From IMG/VR virus record IMGVR_UViG_3300042691_019112, positions 1,197-65,196 of that record: 64,000 bases of DNA, one strand, 5' to 3'. The notes beneath the pieces were generated by a model. The model worked only from the letters and a program-made list of their open reading frames with translations, was not told the DNA's origin and searched no databases. Of the stretch, positions 18,429 through 26,225 are shown in pieces (the first letter of the stretch is position 1; every line of letters starts with the position of its first letter). This stretch comes from a virus. Taxonomy: Duplodnaviria > Caudoviricetes. Made by a program: the position numbers and the translations under genes.

Positions 18429-18523
18429 TGGAGAGGACAGGACTCGAACCTGTATGTAGTGAGGTAGTGAGCAGATATGATGTCAACAACACTTACTATG
18501 CGTAGCCATTCCGCCACCTCTCC
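18429..18523 (-). tRNA. tRNA-like RNA or pseudo-tRNA with a non-canonical anticodon region
   Basis: Acceptor stem GGAGAGG/CCTCTCC, TGGCGGAATGG D region, T arm ACAGG-TTCGAGT-CCTGT; no clear anticodon arm. Confidence 0.6.
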
Positions 18524-18642
18524 ATGTGCCGTCTTTCCGGCTGTCAGAAGCTATGCTTCGCATTTCACACACTTAACTCGCCGATTCGCATCGGGGACAA
18601 ACACATCGCAAATATACAAGCGCATTATCGCACACATTCGCT

Positions 18643-18888
18643 TTAACCTATTTTAACAGCCTCATGCTCCAAAGAGTAGGCATAAGACCGTGCCAACACC
18701 TTGGCATCTATATCCTTGCCTCCCTCAATAGCCTCAATAAGGCTCACAACCATCTGCCTGTAATCTACCTCCGTAAGAAGCGACTTGTCAATAGCTACGA
18801 AGTTGTTGCTAACGCTGCCGATAACAGTATCATTCAGCGTACCTTCCACAACCATAGGCTGCTTCAAGTACAGTTTCTTACCTTTCAT
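18643..18888 (-). CDS. hypothetical protein
   Basis: 81-aa ORF overlapping the upstream stop. Confidence 0.55.
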   Translation of the reverse strand: MKGKKLYLKQPMVVEGTLNDTVIGSVSNNFVAIDKSLLTEVDYRQMVVSLIEAIEGGKDIDAKVLARSYAYSLEHEAVKIG

Positions 18889-19336
18889 CGCCTAACCTCC
18901 TATGATTACACGAGAAACCCGAATGATTGTAGATGATAGGCGACACCGCGATATTGCCCACGTTGTAAGCATCTTCCACAAACCTCTCCAAGTCGAAAGG
19001 GAACGCAGCACCTTTCCCCTTCCATCCATCCTTGCTCATGAGAAACAGATACTCTTGGTGCGCCCATGCAAACTGAACAAAAGCGTTCATCTCCTCTTGT
19101 AAGGCAGCGTTGAAATCGCCCTTCTTAGGCGTGTTCATAACACGAATGCCATACAGACTACCTTGCGCCCCCTTGCGTGGTATATCAGGGCTTTTATATC
19201 CGTTGATACCGATAAACAACTGGGTGCTTAACCCACGATACAGATTACCTGACCTGTATGTAGGAAAGACGAATACCTCATTAGGTTGTAGCCCCCGAAT
19301 AACATCAGGGGCTATAATCAAACACTTATTGTCCAT
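18878..19336 (-). CDS. divergent A1S_2505-like phage protein
   Basis: I..LQPNEVFVF...G.QG..YGI...F..FA..H....F pattern. Confidence 0.55.
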   Translation of the reverse strand: MDNKCLIIAPDVIRGLQPNEVFVFPTYRSGNLYRGLSTQLFIGINGYKSPDIPRKGAQGSLYGIRVMNTPKKGDFNAALQEEMNAFVQFAWAHQEYLFLMSKDGWKGKGAAFPFDLERFVEDAYNVGNIAVSPIIYNHSGFSCNHRRLGDER

Positions 19337-20138
19337 ACTCTTTGATGGTATTTATGAAGGCATCCGCTTCCTTGGCGGTGATACCTGCTTTGATAAGCTC
19401 CAGCTTGGCAGGGGTTTCTTCACCGTACACCTTCTTCATCATGCCTGTCTTCCAGTACGACAACAGCGTTGCTCTCTGTTCTGCCGACATCATAGGCTCT
19501 CCAGCAGATGCAGGAGGTGGTGGTGTAACTGGCGTAAGTTGAATACCCGTAACAGGTGCAGGTGTTGCAGCTTGCTTAGGTGCAGGAGGAGTGGTTTTAG
19601 GCTTGCGTTGATAGCCACCTTCGTGCGGCTCTGGAGTGCGGCTATCAGGGTCTTTGCTATCTCCCTCTGGGTCTTTGGTAGGTATCTTGAACGCAGTAAG
19701 AAGCAGGTACTTGTCTGCGATAGAGGCGGTCTTATTGTAAACCTTATCGCCTGTATCTGCTGCCTCTCCCATGAGTGGTCCTACCGTGAACCTACTACCA
19801 TCTTCCGCAAAGAAGTCGGCCATATACAAGCCCAGCACGCGCATCTTAGCAGTACCGCTCTTGGTAACGCCTTCCATCTCGTCGGACATCACAAGCCTGA
19901 ATCGACAGATGATACCATTCTCGGCTAACAAAGGCTGAATGTGGTTATACACATCGTCGATACCTCGGTAGTTAAAGCCTTGGTCTTTGTTTTTCTGGTC
20001 TTTGCCGATAGCGGATATACCCTTCATGACTTTAATCATGGCAGGGATAATCATGCCTGGCTTTCCATCTGCAAGGTAGCCGCAATCTAACGGGTCTTTT
20101 GGTTGCAGGTGTGCGTAATTCTGAAACGTGGTTTCCAT
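19326..20138 (-). CDS. ERF-family single-strand annealing protein
   Basis: IGKDQKN..QGFNYRGIDDV, GEAADTGDK..NK..S.A.KY.L...F.IPT. Confidence 0.85.
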   Translation of the reverse strand: METTFQNYAHLQPKDPLDCGYLADGKPGMIIPAMIKVMKGISAIGKDQKNKDQGFNYRGIDDVYNHIQPLLAENGIICRFRLVMSDEMEGVTKSGTAKMRVLGLYMADFFAEDGSRFTVGPLMGEAADTGDKVYNKTASIADKYLLLTAFKIPTKDPEGDSKDPDSRTPEPHEGGYQRKPKTTPPAPKQAATPAPVTGIQLTPVTPPPPASAGEPMMSAEQRATLLSYWKTGMMKKVYGEETPAKLELIKAGITAKEADAFINTIKEYGQ

Positions 20139-20147
20139 ATCGTGTTA

Positions 20148-21077
20148 TTAAAAAGGATCAACATTTACTTTCTTCTTCCATGCTGGCACTTCGTAGGGTA
20201 CTGGCATGGCTATGTAGCTGGAGGGTACAGCTATATTCCCTTCGTGGTAGTCTATGATAGACTGTAACGCCACCTCGAAGTCCTGCTTGGCTTGCGCCCT
20301 TGCAGATACCGTGATGTAGTAATCTTGGATACCAAAAGGGGGCTTCTTGGACAAGGCGAGAATCTTTCTTTCCACCTCTACCGTTTCGGGTAGGATAGAC
20401 GATAAGGCCATAATCTGCGTGTAGTCCTGAATATCGTAGCGGAACTTGTCGATGTCGCGCAGGAAGGCGGAGGGGTGTGCATCGTCGGTAGTCTTGAGGT
20501 CGGTGATGATGGCTTTGATTATCTCGCCATCTTCATTGTGAACTATTTGCAGGAAGTCAAACCTGCTTTTGAAGACGTACCCACATGATAGTGGGGTGTA
20601 TAGACTCACTTCTCGGAAGGTGCTTACAAGGTCTTGGTCGTCGAAGTGTTGCGGCCATTCGGAGGCCATGTAGCAATCCATGAGCGTTTCAAAGTTGGCG
20701 TAATCCTCTTTGTCTATGAGGATTTGGCCGTTAGCTTCTGCTTCGGAGTAGATTCTCTCTTTCCACTCCTTGTTGACTTTCGCTCCAAAGGTCTGCTCTG
20801 GGCTTGGTCGTTGGTCGGGGTCAAAGACTACGTAGGTGCTGCCGAAAAGATCTGGGGTTATGATAGCGCAATGTATCATGGTTCCTAAGTCCATAGCGGA
20901 GGACTTTTTCTTCACGGCTTTGAAGAAGTGATAGTGCCGTAACGAGGTTATGGCATCTTTGATGGTGGACGATTGAAGCGCGGGCGCGTAGAGGTAAGCG
21001 TCGAAGTCGTCACCTACTAAGGCGTTTAGTGGGTACTTGTCGAGAAGCTCACCTGTCCAATTTTCTGTTTTGGTCAT
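20148..21077 (-). CDS. RecE-like PD-(D/E)XK exonuclease (DUF3799-like)
   Basis: AMDLGTMIHCAI, KSRFD, ITDLKTT, FRYDIQ. Confidence 0.85.
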   Translation of the reverse strand: MTKTENWTGELLDKYPLNALVGDDFDAYLYAPALQSSTIKDAITSLRHYHFFKAVKKKSSAMDLGTMIHCAIITPDLFGSTYVVFDPDQRPSPEQTFGAKVNKEWKERIYSEAEANGQILIDKEDYANFETLMDCYMASEWPQHFDDQDLVSTFREVSLYTPLSCGYVFKSRFDFLQIVHNEDGEIIKAIITDLKTTDDAHPSAFLRDIDKFRYDIQDYTQIMALSSILPETVEVERKILALSKKPPFGIQDYYITVSARAQAKQDFEVALQSIIDYHEGNIAVPSSYIAMPVPYEVPAWKKKVNVDPF

Positions 21078-21136
21078 GGTTCAAAGATGGTTTGTATTAA
21101 AAAACCTATTTGTTAGGCTTTGTTAATTTTGCTTGT

Positions 21137-21421
21137 ATGGGAAAGGTTACGAAGAAAGACCCTTATACGGAGCTGCTGTATTGGTCTTTGTTGAAGTGTT
21201 GCCAATCAGCGAGGGAGGCCGCGTGGTTGTGTATAAAGGAGAGGAAGTTGGACGTGGGTGCTGTTTGCGCGGAGTTGGAGTTGCCGGAGAAGAAGGTGGC
21301 GCATTGGCTGGATTGTAAGAAGAAGCTGGTTATGAGCAAAGCACCGAGGGATAGGGATATTATGATACTGCTTCGGCACTTGGGTGTCGAGGTGTCTGTG
21401 TCGGTTACGAGGAGTAGGTAG
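21137..21421 (+). CDS. putative HTH regulator
   Basis: Cro/CI-like helix pattern; divergent from the recombination operon; TAATTTTG 5 nt upstream. Confidence 0.5.
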   Translation: MGKVTKKDPYTELLYWSLLKCCQSAREAAWLCIKERKLDVGAVCAELELPEKKVAHWLDCKKKLVMSKAPRDRDIMILLRHLGVEVSVSVTRSR

Positions 21422-21435
21422 TTGCGTGTTTAGGG

Positions 21436-21721
21436 GTTAGGCGTAATTTTAAATATCCGTATTGCCAATTCCTAACAAATCGACAAGGTCAAACATTTCA
21501 CTACTACCCCACTCATTGACAATATTAAACTGCCATTCATTATCATAAAGCTGCTCTTGCATTTCAGCATCTTTTACTTTTACTCCCCACCAATTACCAT
21601 CTGATGCCAATGTTAGAATATCGCTATTCTTTTGAATAGTCAGTATCTTATCACGAAACGACATTTTATTAAATCGTTCTGCCATTTGACGATACTGCTC
21701 CAAAGAAAAACTACGCCTAAC
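21436..21721 (-). mobile_element. integron-like gene cassette C
   Basis: On the minus strand starts GTTAGGCGTAGTTTT and ends AAAATTACGCCTAAC; preceded by CTTGCCAAACCGAT like the attC arm at 531-546. Confidence 0.7.
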
Positions 21722-21787
21722 ATCGGTTTGGCAAGATTGGGATTTTTGTTCTGAATTGTTCATTTTATCTAAATTGCTAATTTTCAT
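21449..21787 (-). CDS. hypothetical protein, cassette-encoded
   Basis: AT-rich ORF whose N-terminus runs through the GTT site (QTDVRRS). Confidence 0.7.
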   Translation of the reverse strand: MKISNLDKMNNSEQKSQSCQTDVRRSFSLEQYRQMAERFNKMSFRDKILTIQKNSDILTLASDGNWWGVKVKDAEMQEQLYDNEWQFNIVNEWGSSEMFDLVDLLGIGNTDI

Positions 21788-21803
21788 ATTAAGTGTTCGT
21801 TTT

Positions 21804-22133
21804 TTAGGTAGGGTTATTTTGAGTTAGTTTCTCCCAAAGTTTATCTGTTAACGCTTCGACTGTCTCCTTCATAGCGTTATTGCTTGTAAAGACCCCGACA
21901 AAGACTGTCTTGGACTTCTTTGTAGGCTTTACCCAAATAGGTATGTTCACTTGGATAAACTGCGCTAATTGCTCCTTATCGGTAAAAAGAGGAGGGGTTA
22001 CAGGTTGGCGCAACGCTATTTCAAGCCCATCAATGACGTTTTGTGTAGTATGGGCGTATTTGTCTTCTTGCGCCCTTTTTAGCTGGTCAAGTGCTTCATC
22101 GAACAGCTTTCGGCTTATTGTTATCGTTTGCAT
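21804..22133 (-). CDS. hypothetical protein
   Basis: Likely start MQTIT. Confidence 0.55.
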   Translation of the reverse strand: MQTITISRKLFDEALDQLKRAQEDKYAHTTQNVIDGLEIALRQPVTPPLFTDKEQLAQFIQVNIPIWVKPTKKSKTVFVGVFTSNNAMKETVEALTDKLWEKLTQNNPT

Positions 22134-22146
22134 TGGAATTACGTAA

Positions 22147-22434
22147 CTACCTTTTGCACTCTTGAGGTATCGCAATACCATCGATATACCACCCAGCGTC
22201 AGGGAAGGGTAATATAGCGTGCCATAAAACCTTTCCATCAATGAACCACACATTACCATACAAATCTTCTTCCTCCTCGTCGTAGTCGAAGTCTATCTCC
22301 TTCAAGAAGTCGCTAAACTCCTTCTTGGTGTAGCCTTCCTTGAGTATGTAGGAAGCGTTGTTGTACTCAATCTTGGCGCACCTAACGTCTGGGCGACCTT
22401 CCAACGCCTCTATCAGCTCCATCTTAGCGTTCAT
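22147..22434 (-). CDS. hypothetical protein
   Basis: MNAK.EL...LKEGY...FL..IDFDYD...LYG.VWF.DG, a pattern common in phages. Confidence 0.7.
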   Translation of the reverse strand: MNAKMELIEALEGRPDVRCAKIEYNNASYILKEGYTKKEFSDFLKEIDFDYDEEEEDLYGNVWFIDGKVLWHAILPFPDAGWYIDGIAIPQECKR

Positions 22435-22691
22435 ACCTGCTGTTTTTTAATCTCCCCAATAGCTTGAAGGTGGTGTATCCTAACAAGCTCGTCGGACACT
22501 TTCAGCATGAAGCCCGAAGCAACATCGTTGTCGCAGTACTCCGAAAGCGAAATATCCTTAACCGACAAGCCTCTAACGTCAAGTTCCTCATGCAAAGCCT
22601 TAGCCTCTAAGCGGATAGCGTTGACCTCTTCTTCCAATGCAAGCAGCCTGTCTATGACAGCTACGTACCTCTGTTTTTGCGCGGTGTTCAT
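22431..22691 (-). CDS. hypothetical protein
   Basis: 86-aa ORF; TACATTTG 5 nt upstream. Confidence 0.6.
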   Translation of the reverse strand: MNTAQKQRYVAVIDRLLALEEEVNAIRLEAKALHEELDVRGLSVKDISLSEYCDNDVASGFMLKVSDELVRIHHLQAIGEIKKQQV

Positions 22692-22737
22692 GTAGGCAAA
22701 TGTAGTTTACGGCTAAATATCAGATAGTTAAACAATG

Positions 22738-23592
22738 CTAAATATCCATTAATTGGCTCAAAGCATACCTACAACCGGACAATATCTCATTCCTATATTT
22801 TGACACTAAGGCCATTTTTGCTTTAACCACAGCCTTGTGATACATCTTCTGATGAACCTCTGGCATCCTATCTATTTCCTCTTTTTTATACATCCCTCTT
22901 TCTATGATTTCATTTAAGGCTTTCTTAGCCTTGTTTTCTTCTCGGCTAAGGTCTATACCCATAGATTGCAAGATGTCTAAGCAAGCGGCCTTTTTGGCGG
23001 ATAAAATCTCATTTTCAGGCGGAGCGATATACCCACGTTTGTATGCTTCGTTGTACGTGTATAGCAAAAGCCCTTCAATACCCTCTTTCAGGGCGGAGTT
23101 GTAGAATGTTTTTCCATAGAAGTCTTGCTTCTCAAGTTCGGTCAAAGCATAGATCATCGACTTGAGGTTGGCGATAGTCCGCTCCTCTTTGCTCATAACC
23201 TGCTCTTGCTTTTGCTTAAACTCTGCTTGTACGGCTTCGTTTCTTTCGTAGCAAGTGCTGTAAGCGAGAATCCATTGCAGTAGGAGTTTCATGTTGAAGC
23301 TGATGTATTCACCAAACTTCCCAGCACGTCCTTCCTGAAAGACTATGATAAGTTCATTGGCTTTCATGTGTGGGTAGTTTCGTTTTATTTCAGGCACTAC
23401 CATCCCAACAGCAACTCTCATGGCTTCAAGTTCTGTTTCTTGACCGCAGAATAGGTTTGTTTTAGCCCATTCTTTGATGATTAGGTCTTCCATTTTGGAA
23501 GGTTCTGCTTCTCTGATGGAAGCACCGCGTCGCATTTCGGTTATCTGCTCTGTTAGCGACTTGTTTACGATTGTGGAGAGTTTATTTTCCAT
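22738..23592 (-). CDS. replication-associated protein (possible helicase loader)
   Basis: Directly downstream of the initiator; EL...F..G..GKFGEY motif. Confidence 0.55.
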   Translation of the reverse strand: MENKLSTIVNKSLTEQITEMRRGASIREAEPSKMEDLIIKEWAKTNLFCGQETELEAMRVAVGMVVPEIKRNYPHMKANELIIVFQEGRAGKFGEYISFNMKLLLQWILAYSTCYERNEAVQAEFKQKQEQVMSKEERTIANLKSMIYALTELEKQDFYGKTFYNSALKEGIEGLLLYTYNEAYKRGYIAPPENEILSAKKAACLDILQSMGIDLSREENKAKKALNEIIERGMYKKEEIDRMPEVHQKMYHKAVVKAKMALVSKYRNEILSGCRYALSQLMDI

Positions 23593-24481
23593 CTTGCTCT
23601 TTGATGATTTGTAGGTAGTTGAGGACGGCTTTGCCTTGCTTGCTTATTTTGGGCTTATCGAAGTTGATGTACTCGGATTTTTTGAGGCTTTTGCAATAGG
23701 CGGAGAAGTGGGAGTGAAGTCCAGGCCATGTGGTGTGGTAGAACTGGCAGTTGGTTATGAAAAACTTTTGAAAGGCATCAAGCACGATGTGTTCTTCAAG
23801 CCATACCTGCATCATGCAGAACTTGTGGACGTTTCGGTTTATCCACGTGTGCAGTTTCTCGTCCTCGATAGATTCAAATTTCTCACCACCAATCCAAAAG
23901 CCTTCGGGCTTAGTTCGGCTCGAATTTTTTTTCGAGGCCGTAATAGTAGAATGTTTAATTACTGGAGTAGTAGAATTATTATTAGACTGTTTATCTAATG
24001 GAGTATTATCTGCATTCTTTTTCTCTATTTCTCCCTCTCTTTCTTCTTCTATTTCTATTTCTATTTCTATTTCTTTCTTCTGCCCGAGTAGCTGGGTAGG
24101 TAGCTGGGTAGGTAGCTGGGTAGGTAGCTGGTCTTTACTCGCAGCAGCCTCTTTTGCTCCTTCGCTTCTCGTAACATATTGTTTTACAGATTCATCAAGC
24201 CATTCACTTGAAACAAAGCCTGAACGAGAAATGGTAAACATTCCACTTTCGTGTAAAATGTAATGCAGCATTTCTTCATTATCCGTGACGCATCTATAAC
24301 AAAACTTTGACAAGATTTCGACATTAGACTTAAAGCCTTCTTGTCGTGATAAAAATGCCAACATTTTCATGGTAACGCCTATCCCTTCGTTAGGATAATG
24401 AATGTCGATGGTTTGCCAAACTTGCTCTGAATCAAAGTTGCTTGACACCTTAAACCACGGTATTGCTTTCTTAGAAGCCAT
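23582..24481 (-). CDS. phage replication initiator (lambda O-like layout)
   Basis: WFK start, low-complexity QLPT and EIEIE linker, C-terminal domain. Confidence 0.7.
   Translation of the reverse strand: MASKKAIPWFKVSSNFDSEQVWQTIDIHYPNEGIGVTMKMLAFLSRQEGFKSNVEILSKFCYRCVTDNEEMLHYILHESGMFTISRSGFVSSEWLDESVKQYVTRSEGAKEAAASKDQLPTQLPTQLPTQLLGQKKEIEIEIEIEEEREGEIEKKNADNTPLDKQSNNNSTTPVIKHSTITASKKNSSRTKPEGFWIGGEKFESIEDEKLHTWINRNVHKFCMMQVWLEEHIVLDAFQKFFITNCQFYHTTWPGLHSHFSAYCKSLKKSEYINFDKPKISKQGKAVLNYLQIIKEQDGK
24088..24131. repeat. 12-bp tandem repeats (candidate iterons)
   Basis: GTAGCTGGGTAG three times plus an 8-bp partial copy, next to a TCTATT repeat. Confidence 0.75.
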
Positions 24482-24489
24482 GATTATTA

Positions 24490-24602
24490 AAAACCAAAAA
24501 CCCCGAACATAGGTGGTAGCAGTCACCTATGACGGGGTATGGTGTTTGGATTGTATCCAATTTCTTATCGCCTGCTACAACGATTTTCACGTAGCAAACT
24601 TA
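24490..24602 (-). promoter_or_regulatory. structured leader of the initiator gene
   Basis: TAAGTTTG at 24595-24602; hairpin 24501-24537 plus T run; loop complementary to 24572-24578. Confidence 0.55.
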
Positions 24603-24756
24603 TAATCTTTTTTTACTTGCGTCACGCATTGCGAAAAAAAAGTTGCGTGCCGCTTGTGTCTTACCACACCGCTAAAGTAGTTGTAGCCTACGAAGTCCTG
24701 CCACACTTAACATAGTTTTGCATTTTGCTATCAACCCACAACATAGATTTGTGGCC

Positions 24757-25020
24757 ATGAAAAATCAGCTTTTAGACGACATAGACAAGGCCAAAGCGGA
24801 AGGTAAGATTACCATCATGACGGCCACCGACATCCGTACCTACGACATAGCGGACTTCATCAAGCAGCCTACAAGCGGCATCCTGTACGACCTTAACCGC
24901 GACTACGCCACAGCAGCGCACCGCATCACACAAGGCGACGTAAGAGGCGTGAACGACTACGCCACAGCCGTAACCATCGAAGCACTCAAAGCAAGGATAG
25001 CCGAACTCGAAAAACAGTAG
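24757..25020 (+). CDS. hypothetical protein
   Basis: TAGATTTG 5 nt before the ATG. Confidence 0.65.
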   Translation: MKNQLLDDIDKAKAEGKITIMTATDIRTYDIADFIKQPTSGILYDLNRDYATAAHRITQGDVRGVNDYATAVTIEALKARIAELEKQ

Positions 25021-25022
25021 CC

Positions 25023-25394
25023 ATGAGTAACAAGCACGACTTCCCTCTATCTACTCGCTCAACACAGCGAAGCGCAATAATTGAAATAGAGCCTGTTATA
25101 CGCAAGCTATCCCAAGCGTCTTCCGTATGCTGCCTTGAATGCACTCAAAAGCCCTCACATAGGTTCATAGAGATGTACTACATGGGTATAATGGTATTCA
25201 AAGGTGAAGTCAAGCAGACAACCACCCTGCCTAACGGCAACTACCTTGTGGCCATGAAGGTCATCACCAAACCCAATATGTCCATGCACGTACACCAAGT
25301 GAGAAAGACAAGTGTAGGCACTGCACAGAAACGGTTTCTCGTATGGAATGGATTTCGCCTTGACTACACCACCTACAAAAGAGTGAAGCCATGA
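25023..25394 (+). CDS. hypothetical protein
   Basis: 123-aa ORF in operon. Confidence 0.55.
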   Translation: MSNKHDFPLSTRSTQRSAIIEIEPVIRKLSQASSVCCLECTQKPSHRFIEMYYMGIMVFKGEVKQTTTLPNGNYLVAMKVITKPNMSMHVHQVRKTSVGTAQKRFLVWNGFRLDYTTYKRVKP

Positions 25395-25648
25395 GCAACC
25401 TATTCAAGCTATTCACTACGGCCTTCTTTCAGGTGTTCTTCGTAGCAGGTAGTACCGCCTGTATCGCACACAAGCACTATGTAGGCACAGCCATAACAGG
25501 CTTCGCTATATCCTATATCTGGACATTCAACGTCCGTCGTATTGCCGCTTCTACACTTCCGGAAAGAATAGCCTACGCATCTGGTGCTGCCACAGGTAGC
25601 GTTATAGGCATGGCGTTATCCACAACCATACTAAAACTGTTAGCATGA
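25391..25648 (+). CDS. small three-helix membrane protein
   Basis: F.QVFFVA...ISYIWTFNV...YASGA..G. Confidence 0.7.
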   Translation: MSNLFKLFTTAFFQVFFVAGSTACIAHKHYVGTAITGFAISYIWTFNVRRIAASTLPERIAYASGAATGSVIGMALSTTILKLLA

Positions 25649-25860
25649 GCCTACCCATGAGAACGCGGTGCTTGCTAAAAATCCACTACCTCAAAGAAGA
25701 TAGGGTAGTCACCGTTCCCGATTACAGTTGGCATAGCAACTGCAACACCCTCAAGAAAGCCCAATCCTTAGCTAATGGCATAAGGCAGATGGCTGTCATC
25801 TACGTCACCGCTAAAGGCCACGAACCCTTCACCCTAAAAACACTATGTCAACCCAAGTAA
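25645..25860 (+). CDS. hypothetical protein
   Basis: ATGA-coupled 71-aa ORF. Confidence 0.5.
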   Translation: MSLPMRTRCLLKIHYLKEDRVVTVPDYSWHSNCNTLKKAQSLANGIRQMAVIYVTAKGHEPFTLKTLCQPK

Positions 25861-26225
25861 CCCCACACGAATTTAGAGCATGGACAGGTCAACACATGGC
25901 CTACCAAGGCGAACCCGACCTCGAAACACTATCATCCTTCATGCACCACTACTCAAACTGTCCGCTCATGCTCTTTACAGGCAGCGTTGACAGCACCGGA
26001 AGGAAAGTGTATGAAGGCGACATCGTGCGAATGTGGATAGAAGATATGACCGAAGATGCAAAAGGCTTCTGGTGGATAGCGGAAGTAGCCTACGAGAAGT
26101 CGGCATTCAGGCTTAAACAGGTAGGCTTCGACTACATCAACGAGGACGCTATGCTCGTCCATGAGCTTATCGAACATTGCGAAGTAATAGGCAACATCTA
26201 CGAACCAAACAATGAAGGTAATTAG
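25845..26225 (+). CDS. YopX family protein (second paralogue)
   Basis: FRAW, LMLFTG..D..G.KVYEGDIV, EVIGNIYE. Confidence 0.85.
   Translation: MSTQVTPHEFRAWTGQHMAYQGEPDLETLSSFMHHYSNCPLMLFTGSVDSTGRKVYEGDIVRMWIEDMTEDAKGFWWIAEVAYEKSAFRLKQVGFDYINEDAMLVHELIEHCEVIGNIYEPNNEGN

Noticed and set aside
18355-18492. N-terminal extension of the 271-aa ORF
   Set aside because: It runs through the tRNA-like element; the ATG at 18354 has a better A-rich leader
18887-18897. GTTAGGCGATG on the minus strand, matching the start of cassette B
   Set aside because: No complementary CGCCTAAC end after the 18643..18888 gene and no attC-like arm upstream
19110-19928. 272-codon + strand ORF
   Set aside because: Antisense shadow of the ERF gene with no protein-like motifs
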